NCBI GenBank assembly: GCA_964291395.2
Contig: OZ219856.1
Coordinates: 2,272,001-2,336,000 of the forward strand
DNA: 64,000 nt
Direction of reading: 5' to 3'
Origin: Alphaproteobacteria bacterium
GTDB lineage: Bacteria; Pseudomonadota; Alphaproteobacteria; UBA2966
The position numbers were made by a program, and so were the translations under genes. The notes beneath the pieces were generated by a model. The model made no database searches and was not told the origin of the DNA. It saw only the letters and a program-made list of their open reading frames with translations. This document shows, one piece after another, positions 49,111-57,517 of the stretch. Numbering within the stretch: position 1 is the first letter of the stretch; the number at the start of each line of letters is the position of its first letter.

Positions 49111-50592
49111 TCAAGCGCCGGCGCCGGCGGCCGCGGCGCCCGCGATCCGGCCGAACACGGCGCCGGAGGTCAACCCCGTCGCGCCCGGATAATTGAAGTA
49201 GAAGAGCCCGCCGACGAGCTCGCCCGCCGCGTAGAGCCCGGGGATCGCCCGGCCGTCGGTATCGATCACCCGGGCCCGCGGATCTATCCGCAGGCCGCCG
49301 AACGTGAAGGTGATCCCGCAGGTCACCCCGTAGGCCTCGAACGGCGGTTCGTCGACGGTGTTCGCCCAGTTCGACTTGGGCACCGCCAGGCCCTCGGTGC
49401 ACCGGCCGTCCTTGACGTTGGGATCGAACGGGATGTCGGTGCGGACCGCCGCGTTGTAGTCCCTGATCGTCGCGACGACGCCGGCCGCGTCGGTGTCGTC
49501 CATCTTCGCGGCCAGCTCTTCGATCGTATCGGCCCGGATCCTGGTGACGCGCCGGATGCGGTACTCGTCCCGCAGCAGGTGCGCGACCTTGGCGTCGAAG
49601 ACCTGCCACGCGAACTGACCCGGCTGCGAGAGGATCTCGCGCCCGTACTTGGCGTAGGTGTAGTTCCGGAACTCCGCTCCTTCATCGAGGAAACGCCGAC
49701 CGCGCGAATTCAACACGATCCCCCACGGGTAGCTGTGCTTCTGGAACTGGTCGCCGACGGCGAGGTCGCCGAATTCCGGCGCGTTGCGGTCCCAGGCCAC
49801 GGCGTGACAGCCGGACCAGTTGCCGGCGGGAGACGCGCCCGCGTCGAGCGCCATGCGGATGCCGTCGCCCGTGTTGAACCGCGATCCCCGGACCTTCGCA
49901 AGATCCCATCCCGGGCCGAGATAGCGGGTACGCCACTCGGTATTGGCTTCGAACCCCCCCGACGCCAACACGACGCCGCGCGCAAGAATATCCCGGGTCC
50001 GTCCACCGTGGCGCACGCGAACGCCGCGCACGCCGTCGTCGTCCTGCAGCAGCGACATGGCCCGCGCCTCGTACAGGACCTCCACACCGGCCTGCCCGGC
50101 GGCAGCGTGCAGCGAGTCGACCAACCCGGGGCCGCCGCCCGCCACCTCCACGGTGACGCCGCCCCAGAACTTGAACCTGCCGTCCACCTTGAAGGCCTGG
50201 CGGCCGTAGATCGGAACGAAACGGACGCCCTTGGATTTCATCCACTCGACGGTGGAGAAACTCCTCGTCACCAGCGCTTCGACCAAGTCGGGGTCGCAGC
50301 GGTACTGCGTGATACGGCCCATGTCGTCGAAATACTGGTCGGACGTGTATTCGCCGAAGTCGGTGATCTCCCTCTCTTCGTCGGAAAGATCGACGAGCCT
50401 CTCGATATCCCCGACGCCGTTGTAGACGATCCGCATGCCTCCGGCGGTGAACCGGCTGTTGCCGCCCCGCTCCTCCCGGGACGCGCGTTCCAGCACCAGC
50501 ACCTCGGGCGCGCGCTCCCGCGCGGACAGCGCCGCGCAAAGCGCCGCGTTGCCGGCACCGACCACGATCACGTCGTACGCGTCCTTCGCCAT
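49111..50592 (-). CDS. tcuA: FAD-dependent tricarballylate dehydrogenase family protein
   Basis: VGAGNAALCAA, GGNSRFTAG, GGFEAN, GITFTFGG, NYPGATGLTSGAVFG. Confidence 0.85.
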   Translation of the reverse strand: MAKDAYDVIVVGAGNAALCAALSARERAPEVLVLERASREERGGNSRFTAGGMRIVYNGVGDIERLVDLSDEEREITDFGEYTSDQYFDDMGRITQYRCDPDLVEALVTRSFSTVEWMKSKGVRFVPIYGRQAFKVDGRFKFWGGVTVEVAGGGPGLVDSLHAAAGQAGVEVLYEARAMSLLQDDDGVRGVRVRHGGRTRDILARGVVLASGGFEANTEWRTRYLGPGWDLAKVRGSRFNTGDGIRMALDAGASPAGNWSGCHAVAWDRNAPEFGDLAVGDQFQKHSYPWGIVLNSRGRRFLDEGAEFRNYTYAKYGREILSQPGQFAWQVFDAKVAHLLRDEYRIRRVTRIRADTIEELAAKMDDTDAAGVVATIRDYNAAVRTDIPFDPNVKDGRCTEGLAVPKSNWANTVDEPPFEAYGVTCGITFTFGGLRIDPRARVIDTDGRAIPGLYAAGELVGGLFYFNYPGATGLTSGAVFGRIAGAAAAGAGA

Positions 50593-50826
50593 CTTCCTTC
50601 CGCCCCGCTCCGCCGCCCACGGAGTCCGATCAGGCTAGTTCTAGCCGCGCCGCGCCCTTCCGAGCAAGCGGACCCCGGCGACGCCGAGATCCGTGTGCCG
50701 GCGAGAACGGCCTCCGCCGCGCGTCTTCGACGCGTCCGCGCCGCCCACCCCGTCCTCCGCGGCGGTTGCGCCGCCGCATCGCGCCCGGCACAGTCTCCGT
50801 GCCGGGCACACACGGGAGGGCACGCC

Positions 50827-51720
50827 ATGGAATTCCCCCGACACGACCGCTACGACTACGTCCCGATCGACGAACGGCCGGACTACACCTGGCCGAACGG
50901 CAAGCGCCTCGCCGTCTATTTCGGCAACAACGTCGAGGAATTCGCCTTCCGGGAAGGCCTCAACGAGGCGGGCCTGCCGGCCCCGCCGCCCACGCACCGG
51001 ACCTACGCCTTGCGCGACTACGGCAACCGGGTCGGCGTCTGGCGACTGTTCGACCTGCTCGACGATCTCGGCGCCCCGGCGTCGCACAACATCAACACGG
51101 CCGTCCTGGAGCACGCGCCCCGGGTGGCGGAGCGGATCAAGGAGCGCGGCGACGAGATGATCGGCCACGGCCGCACCAATTCGGAGCGCCAGGACGGATT
51201 CTCCGAAGCCGACGAGAAGGAGATGATCGAGCACTGCGTCGAGGCGATCACGAAGCACGGCGACGAACGGCCGACCGGCTGGCTCAGCCCGTTCCTGGCC
51301 GAGACCGCCGTCACACCCGACCTCCTGAAGGAAGCCGGCTACGACTACACCCTCAACTGGCCCTTCGACGACCAACCCGTCTGGATGCGCACGCGGGCGG
51401 GGCCCCTCCTCTACGTACCGTATACCGTGGAGATCAACGACCTGCCGGTGATCATCAACACGTGGCGCTACACGCCGCGGCAGTTCGCCGAGCTGATCAC
51501 CGATCAGTTCGACGAGATGCTGGAGGAGTCACGGCGCCGGCCCCTGGTGTTCTGCTTCTCCCTCCACACCTTCGTCCTCGGCCACCCCTTCCGCATCCGG
51601 CCGCTGCGCCGAGCCATGGAGCACGTCATGAGGCATCGCGACGACATCTGGCTCACGACCCCGGGCAGGATCGCGGCCTACTGCAAGACCTTGCCGCCGG
51701 GAATCATCCCGGGCAGCTGA
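50827..51720 (+). CDS. Polysaccharide-deacetylase-fold (PuuE-like) amidohydrolase, third paralog
   Basis: WPNGKRLAVY..NNVE, RDYGNRVGVWR, GHGRTNSE, GWLSP, DDQP, LHTFVLGHPFR. Confidence 0.88.
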   Translation: MEFPRHDRYDYVPIDERPDYTWPNGKRLAVYFGNNVEEFAFREGLNEAGLPAPPPTHRTYALRDYGNRVGVWRLFDLLDDLGAPASHNINTAVLEHAPRVAERIKERGDEMIGHGRTNSERQDGFSEADEKEMIEHCVEAITKHGDERPTGWLSPFLAETAVTPDLLKEAGYDYTLNWPFDDQPVWMRTRAGPLLYVPYTVEINDLPVIINTWRYTPRQFAELITDQFDEMLEESRRRPLVFCFSLHTFVLGHPFRIRPLRRAMEHVMRHRDDIWLTTPGRIAAYCKTLPPGIIPGS

Positions 51721-51786
51721 TCCGCCGGGGACGGACCGAATTCGCACAACGTCGGGAGGGGCATGCAAGCCGCAGGCCGGGCCGGG

Positions 51787-52360
51787 CTTCATCACGATTG
51801 TCAGGACGATTGTCAGGCCGCGCATTCAGGTGTATACGCACTGATGCACCCAACCCCTCGAACGGCGTCTGGACATCCATCATGGCATCGCGGACCTCCC
51901 CCTCCGAACCGGCGAATTGCCTGTGCTTCAACCTCCGCAAGGCCGCGAGGGCGATCACGCGGACCTATGACGGCGCGCTGGCTCCGGTCGGCCTGAAGGC
52001 GACCCAGTTCACGGTCCTCCAGATCGCGAGCGAGGCGGGCGGCACCGCAATGAGCCGGCTGGCGGGCCGGCTCGGCATGGATCGAACGACCCTGACCCGA
52101 AATCTGCAACCCCTGGAGAAACTGGGCCTGATCTCCGTCGGCGCCGGCAGGGACCGGCGCGAACGGTCAATCCGGGTCACCGAGGCGGGGCGCGAGGTCC
52201 TGGAGCAGGCGCTTCCCCTGTGGGAGGGCGCACAATCAAGGCTCTACAGCGCGTTGGGCCCCGTCGCCTTCGTTTCCCTGCTGGATCGACTGGACAACTG
52301 GACAGAACCCGCACTAGGCCATCGGAAGAGTCGGCGTCGAACCCCCGCACAGGCGCCGCA
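51787..52360 (+). repeat. Long direct repeat, copy 1 (marR and flanks; copy 2 at 53153..53535)
   Basis: Near-identical sequence from cttcatcacgatt to acaggcgccgca. Confidence 0.92.
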
Positions 52361-52376
52361 ACCCGCATCCGCATAA
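51882..52376 (+). CDS. MarR-family regulator (3' end frameshifted relative to copy 2)
   Basis: CLCFNLRKAARAITRTYD...GLKATQF...MDRTTLTRNLQPL...DRRER. Confidence 0.85.
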   Translation: MASRTSPSEPANCLCFNLRKAARAITRTYDGALAPVGLKATQFTVLQIASEAGGTAMSRLAGRLGMDRTTLTRNLQPLEKLGLISVGAGRDRRERSIRVTEAGREVLEQALPLWEGAQSRLYSALGPVAFVSLLDRLDNWTEPALGHRKSRRRTPAQAPQPASA

Positions 52377-52424
52377 TCGCGCCCGGGACCCGTCCGGGGC
52401 ACGGCCACGCGCGGTCATCCGTAT

Positions 52425-52819
52425 TCAGCCCTCGGCCGGCAGCCAGGCGACGTCGTAGCGTGCTATCCGGCGATCGCCGGTCACGATCGTCAGGCCGTCG
52501 GCAAGCGCCTGCGCGATCAGCATGCGATCGAACGGGTCGCGGTGAAGGAACGGCAGATCCGCCAGCCGGTCGACATGCCTGAACGCGATCGGCAGCGGGC
52601 GGAACCCGCTCTCGGCGACCCCGTCCTCGAAGCGAGCCGCGAGTCGGAGCTTGCCGAGGGAGACCTTGACCGCAGCCTCCCACGCCGAGGCCATGCTGAC
52701 ATGGACGATATCGGCCTCGGCGATGGCGCCGCGGGCGGCCGCGCCAAGCCGCTCCGGCGCGGCACGCCACCAGAGAAATGCGTATCAAGCAGCAGGCGGT
52801 CCGTCGGCGTCCGCGCCAT
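52425..52819 (-). pseudogene. vapC: VapC PIN toxin with a frameshift after LLLDTH
   Basis: One frame gives RLLLDTH; the next frame gives LWWRA...VSMASAWEAAVKVSLGKL...HRDPFDRMLIAQA...VTGD. Frameshift near 52775. Confidence 0.85.
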
Positions 52820-53045
52820 AAAACGCGTCTTCCAGCTCGCGGGAAAGCGGGGCATCGAAGTCGTCGGCCATCCAGACCTTGCCCTCCCAGCCGCCGGGCT
52901 CACGCGGCAGGCGTGCGGGTTCCAACGCGACGAGACGCGCCCGGGGCCGGTTGTTCTTGGCGATGACGATCTCCTCTCCGCGCGCCACGTCCTCGACCAG
53001 ACGCGACAGGTGAGTCTTCGCCTGATGGATATTGATGGTACGCAT
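52785..53045 (-). CDS. Phd/YefM-family antitoxin (VapB)
   Basis: INIHQAKTHLSRLVEDVARGEEIVIAK...PG...DDFDAPL. Confidence 0.92.
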   Translation of the reverse strand: MRTINIHQAKTHLSRLVEDVARGEEIVIAKNNRPRARLVALEPARLPREPGGWEGKVWMADDFDAPLSRELEDAFYGADADGPPAA

Positions 53046-53223
53046 CGGACTAAACTAACTCTAGTGATTCAACATCAAGGGCGCTCGCCGCTCCCGACCG
53101 AACCGCATCACACGATTCACATACTGTCGAGGGGCAGATCACGGGCCAGGGACTTCATCACGATTATCATTCAGGTGTATATGCACTGACATACTCAACT
53201 TCGACGGCGTCTGGACATCCATC

Positions 53224-53492
53224 ATGGCATCGCGGACCTCCCCCTCCGAACCGGCGAATTGCCTGTGCTTCAACCTCAACCCCTGGAGAAACCGGGCCTG
53301 ATCTCCGTCGGCGCCGGCAGGGACCGGCGCGAACGGTCAATCCGGGTCACCGAGGCGGGGCGCGAGGTCCTGGAGCAGGCGCTTCCCCTGTGGGAGGGCG
53401 CGCAATCAAGGCTCTACAGCGCCTTGGGCCCCGTCGCCTTCGTTTCCCTGCTGGATCGACTGGACAACGTGATCGACAGAACCCGCACCTAG
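53224..53492 (+). pseudogene. marR duplicate with an internal ~172-bp deletion
   Basis: Same start (MASRTSPSEPANCLCFN) joined to QPLEK at CAACC microhomology; frameshifted. Confidence 0.88.
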
Positions 53493-53702
53493 GCCATCGG
53501 AAGAGTCGGCGTCGAACCCCCGCACAGGCGCCGCACACGGACGAACGGCAAATGCGGAGTTCGCCACCAATCCTTACAGGTGCGGATACACTTATACTTT
53601 CAAAACAGGCGGTCGCACGTCTCCCGGACCGTTTGTCCCGGGAATCCGTTCTCATCCTTTCATAGAGTCCGATCCGGTGCTGACGGTACTCTGGATCCTG
53701 CC

Positions 53703-54866
53703 GTGTCTGCTGCGTCACAAGGTCTTGCGAAGGCGGCGACGACCTCCGAACTCGACGACGAGGGGCGCATCGCGTGTCTTCGCCTGATGCGCAGCGAGAA
53801 CGTCGGCCCCATCACCTATCACCATCTGATCGAGCGGTACGGTTCGGCGTCGCGGGCACTCGAAGCCCTGCCGCGCCTCGCCCGCCGCGGGGGAAAGCCG
53901 ACCCTCCGCATATGCAGCGAGCAGGAGGCCCTGGCCGAACTGGAGACCGTGGAGCGTTTGGGCGCCCGGCTGATCGCGCACGGCGAACGGACGTATCCCG
54001 GGCCGCTGGCCACGCTGCCGGACGCGCCACCCCTGATCTCGGTCAGAGGACAACGCGACCTGTTCGACCGCCCCGCCGTCGCGATCGTCGGCACCCGGAA
54101 CGCTTCCAGCGCCGGACACCGGTACACCCGAACGCTCGCCGCGGAGCTGGGAGAAGCGGGTTTCGCCGTCGTGTCCGGGCTGGCCCGCGGCATCGATACG
54201 GCAGCCCACGCCGGTGCCATGGAAACCGGCACCCTCGCGGTGCTGGCCGGCGGCATCGACTCCGTTTATCCGCCGGAGAACGCGGACCTCCAATCCGAGA
54301 TTTCCGAGCGGGGCCTCCTGGTCGCGGAACAGAAGGCCGGCACGCGTCCCCAAGCCAGGCATTTCCCCACCCGGAACCGGCTCATATCGGGCCTGTCACT
54401 CGGTGTCATCGTCGTCGAAGCGGCGCTGCGGTCGGGCTCTCTGATCACCGCTCGCTGCGCGCTCGAGCAAGGCCGCGAGGTATTCGCCGTGCCGGGCTCG
54501 CCCCTCGACCCGCGCTGCCACGGCAGCAACGGGCTCATCCAGGACGGCGCCGTTCTGGTCCAGTCCGCAAGCGACGTCACGTCCGCGCTCGACCTCATGA
54601 CACGATCCCGCCGGCCGCCGGAACCCCTCCGCCGGCGCCCCGTGCCGACACCGATTCCGGATGACGGGCAACTCGCCGACTCCCGCCATCGGGTGGCCGC
54701 CGCGCTGAGTCCGACACCGGTGACGGTTGACGAACTCCTTCGCCACTGCCATTTGACTCCCCCGGTGCTTTTGACCATTTTGCTCGAACTCGAAGCGGCA
54801 GGCCGCCTGCATCGGCACCCTGGAAACAGAGTTTCCCTTGGCGATCAAGGCGTTACGTACCCGTAG
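53703..54866 (+). CDS. dprA: DNA-processing protein DprA
   Basis: LRLMRSENVGP, AIVGTRNAS, VSGLARGID, HFPTRNRLISG, SGSLITA, AVPGSPLDPR. Start approximate. Confidence 0.95.
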   Translation: MSAASQGLAKAATTSELDDEGRIACLRLMRSENVGPITYHHLIERYGSASRALEALPRLARRGGKPTLRICSEQEALAELETVERLGARLIAHGERTYPGPLATLPDAPPLISVRGQRDLFDRPAVAIVGTRNASSAGHRYTRTLAAELGEAGFAVVSGLARGIDTAAHAGAMETGTLAVLAGGIDSVYPPENADLQSEISERGLLVAEQKAGTRPQARHFPTRNRLISGLSLGVIVVEAALRSGSLITARCALEQGREVFAVPGSPLDPRCHGSNGLIQDGAVLVQSASDVTSALDLMTRSRRPPEPLRRRPVPTPIPDDGQLADSRHRVAAALSPTPVTVDELLRHCHLTPPVLLTILLELEAAGRLHRHPGNRVSLGDQGVTYP

Positions 54867-54899
54867 GCCACCGCGCGCGGACAATCATTTGGACCCTTC

Positions 54900-57506
54900 A
54901 TGAACGTCGTCATCGTCGAATCGCCGGCCAAGGCCAAGACGATCAACAAGTATCTGGGCAACGATTTCGTCGTCCTGGCCAGCTATGGGCACGTGCGCGA
55001 TCTGCCGTCGAAAGACGGTTCGGTCGTGCCCGACGACGACTTCGCGATGACCTACGAAACCAACCCCGGGTCGGCGAAACACATCCGCGAGATCGTCCGG
55101 GCACTACGGAACGCCGACCGCCTGTACCTGGCCACCGACCCCGACCGCGAGGGCGAGGCCATCTCATGGCATGTGCTCAAGGAACTTCAAGAGCGCAACG
55201 CCGTAAACGGCGTCGACGTCAAGCGAGTCGTCTTCAACGAGGTGACCCGCGGTGCCGTGCAAGAAGCCGTCGCGCATCCGCGCGACCTCGACATGGACCT
55301 GGTCAACGCCCAGCAGGCCCGGAGGGCCCTCGACTACCTGGTGGGCTTCACCCTATCGCCGGTGCTCTGGCGCAAGCTGCCCGGATCGCGCTCCGCCGGC
55401 CGTGTGCAATCGGTCGCGCTGCGCCTGATCTGTGAACGCGAACTCGAGATCGAAGCCTTCAAGCCGCGGGAATACTGGTCGATCGAGGCAGCCCTCCGAG
55501 CGGACGACGGAACGCCGTTCTCCGCCCGCCTGACGTCTCTCGACGGCGAGCAACTCGATAAATTCTCGCTCTCAACGGCGGCAGGCGCCGAGCGCGCCGC
55601 CGAGATCCTGCGCGCTTCGCCCGCGCTGTCGGTTGTCGGCGTCGAATCGAAGGAAATCCAGCGCAATCCGCGGCCGCCTTTCACGACGTCGACACTCCAG
55701 CAGGAAGCGGCACGCAAGCTCCGCATGCGCGCGCAACGCACCATGCAGGTGGCGCAGAAACTCTACGAAGGTACGGATATCGGCGGGGAAACCGTCGGCC
55801 TGATCACCTACATGCGCACCGACGGCGTACAGATCGCGTCGGAAGCGATCCAAGACTGCCGAGGCCTCATATCGGAGAGGTTCGGTGCGCCCTATCTTCC
55901 GGTCAAGCCACGCGCCTACCGCAGTCCGGCGAAGAACGCCCAGGAAGCCCACGAAGCCATCCGGCCCACGGACCCATCGCGCACCCCCGCGGACGTCTCG
56001 CCGTTCCTCGACAACGAGGCCGGGCGCCTCTATGACCTGATCTGGAAGCGGACGGTGGCGAGCCAAATGGCTTCGGCGCGTCTCGAGCAAACCGCCATCA
56101 ACATGTCGACACGCGACGGCCGAGCCGGTCTGCGCGCCACCGGTTCCGTCGTTCTGTTCGACGGCTTCCTCAAGTTGTACCAGGAGGGCCGCGACGACCC
56201 GTCCGAGGGCATCGGGGACGACTCCGACGAGCGCCGCCTTCCCAAAGTCGCCAAAGGCGAGACCATCCAGTGCGAGGATGTCCGGCCCAAACAGCATTTC
56301 ACGGAACCGCCGCCCCGATTCACCGAGGCGACCCTGGTAAGGCGTCTCGAGGAGCTCGGCATCGGACGACCCTCGACATACGCCAGCATCATTTCGGTTC
56401 TGCAGGACCGGGACTACGTCCGAGTCGACAAGTCCCGATTCGTGCCGGACGACCGGGGCCGGCTGGTGACCGCCTTCCTCAGCAACTTCTTCGACCGGTA
56501 CGTGGAGTACGACTTCACGGCCAGGTTGGAAGAAACCCTCGACGACATTTCCGCCGGAAACGCGAACTGGAAACAGGTCCTGCGCGAATTCTGGGAAGCC
56601 TTCAGCCGCGCCGTCGAGGAGACGGAAGACCTGCGGGTCCGGGAGGTTCTGGATGCCCTCAACGAGACGCTCGGCGCCCATTTCTTCCACTCCGACGATC
56701 CGGCCGTCGATCCCCGGGCCTGCCCCTCGTGCGACGACGGGAAGCTGTCCCTGAAGCTCGGCAAGTTCGGCGCCTTCATCGGCTGTTCGAACTATCCCGA
56801 TTGCCGGTACACGCGGCGCCTGGTCAACGGAAACGGTGCGGATACGGACCAGGACAACGGCCCCCGTGAACTCGGTCTCGACCCGGAGACCGGCAGACCC
56901 GTGAGCGTGCGCTCCGGCCCGTACGGCCACTATGTCCAACTCGACGCGGATCCGGAGGCCGGGGACGAGAAGAACCGGAAGCCCAAGCGCGTCTCGCTGC
57001 CCCGCGAGATCCCGCCGGAGGAGATCGAGCTCGAGACCGCCCTGGCGCTGTTGGCGTTACCCCGGGAAGTCGGGCGCCATCCGGAAACCGGCAAGAAGAT
57101 TTCCGCGGGGATCGGCCGTTTCGGCCCTTACGTGGTCCACGAAGGCAAGTACGCGTCCCTCAAACCGGACGACGACGTTCTGACCGTGGGACTCAACCGT
57201 GCCGTGGTGCTCCTGGCCGACGCCGGCCGGCGCCAAAGAGGCGGAACGGCGCTCAAGGAACTCGGTGATCACCCTGACAACGGCAAGCCCGTCGTCGTCA
57301 TCGACGGCCGCTACGGTCCGTACGTCAAACACGGGCGGACCAACGCCACATTGCCCAAAGAGGTCGCACCTCAGGATGTCACCATGGACATGGCCGTGGC
57401 GCTGCTGGCTCAAAAGGCCGCGAGGAAGGGCAAGGGCCGCCCCGGCGGGCGCAAATCCGCCCGATCACCGCGCCCGAAGGCAGCACCCAACGCGGCCCCG
57501 GAATAG
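54900..57506 (+). CDS. topA: DNA topoisomerase I
   Basis: VESPAKAKTI, ATDPDREGEAI, SAGRVQS, ITYMRTD, AQEAHEAIRPT, one Zn ribbon plus C-terminal repeats. Confidence 0.98.
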   Translation: MNVVIVESPAKAKTINKYLGNDFVVLASYGHVRDLPSKDGSVVPDDDFAMTYETNPGSAKHIREIVRALRNADRLYLATDPDREGEAISWHVLKELQERNAVNGVDVKRVVFNEVTRGAVQEAVAHPRDLDMDLVNAQQARRALDYLVGFTLSPVLWRKLPGSRSAGRVQSVALRLICERELEIEAFKPREYWSIEAALRADDGTPFSARLTSLDGEQLDKFSLSTAAGAERAAEILRASPALSVVGVESKEIQRNPRPPFTTSTLQQEAARKLRMRAQRTMQVAQKLYEGTDIGGETVGLITYMRTDGVQIASEAIQDCRGLISERFGAPYLPVKPRAYRSPAKNAQEAHEAIRPTDPSRTPADVSPFLDNEAGRLYDLIWKRTVASQMASARLEQTAINMSTRDGRAGLRATGSVVLFDGFLKLYQEGRDDPSEGIGDDSDERRLPKVAKGETIQCEDVRPKQHFTEPPPRFTEATLVRRLEELGIGRPSTYASIISVLQDRDYVRVDKSRFVPDDRGRLVTAFLSNFFDRYVEYDFTARLEETLDDISAGNANWKQVLREFWEAFSRAVEETEDLRVREVLDALNETLGAHFFHSDDPAVDPRACPSCDDGKLSLKLGKFGAFIGCSNYPDCRYTRRLVNGNGADTDQDNGPRELGLDPETGRPVSVRSGPYGHYVQLDADPEAGDEKNRKPKRVSLPREIPPEEIELETALALLALPREVGRHPETGKKISAGIGRFGPYVVHEGKYASLKPDDDVLTVGLNRAVVLLADAGRRQRGGTALKELGDHPDNGKPVVVIDGRYGPYVKHGRTNATLPKEVAPQDVTMDMAVALLAQKAARKGKGRPGGRKSARSPRPKAAPNAAPE

Positions 57507-57517
57507 GCGAACGCGGC

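Noticed and set aside
48943-51720. 925-aa apparent fusion ending in a deacetylase domain
   Set aside because: The N-terminal part is antisense to tcuA; the real gene starts at ATG 50827 behind a GGGAGG RBS.
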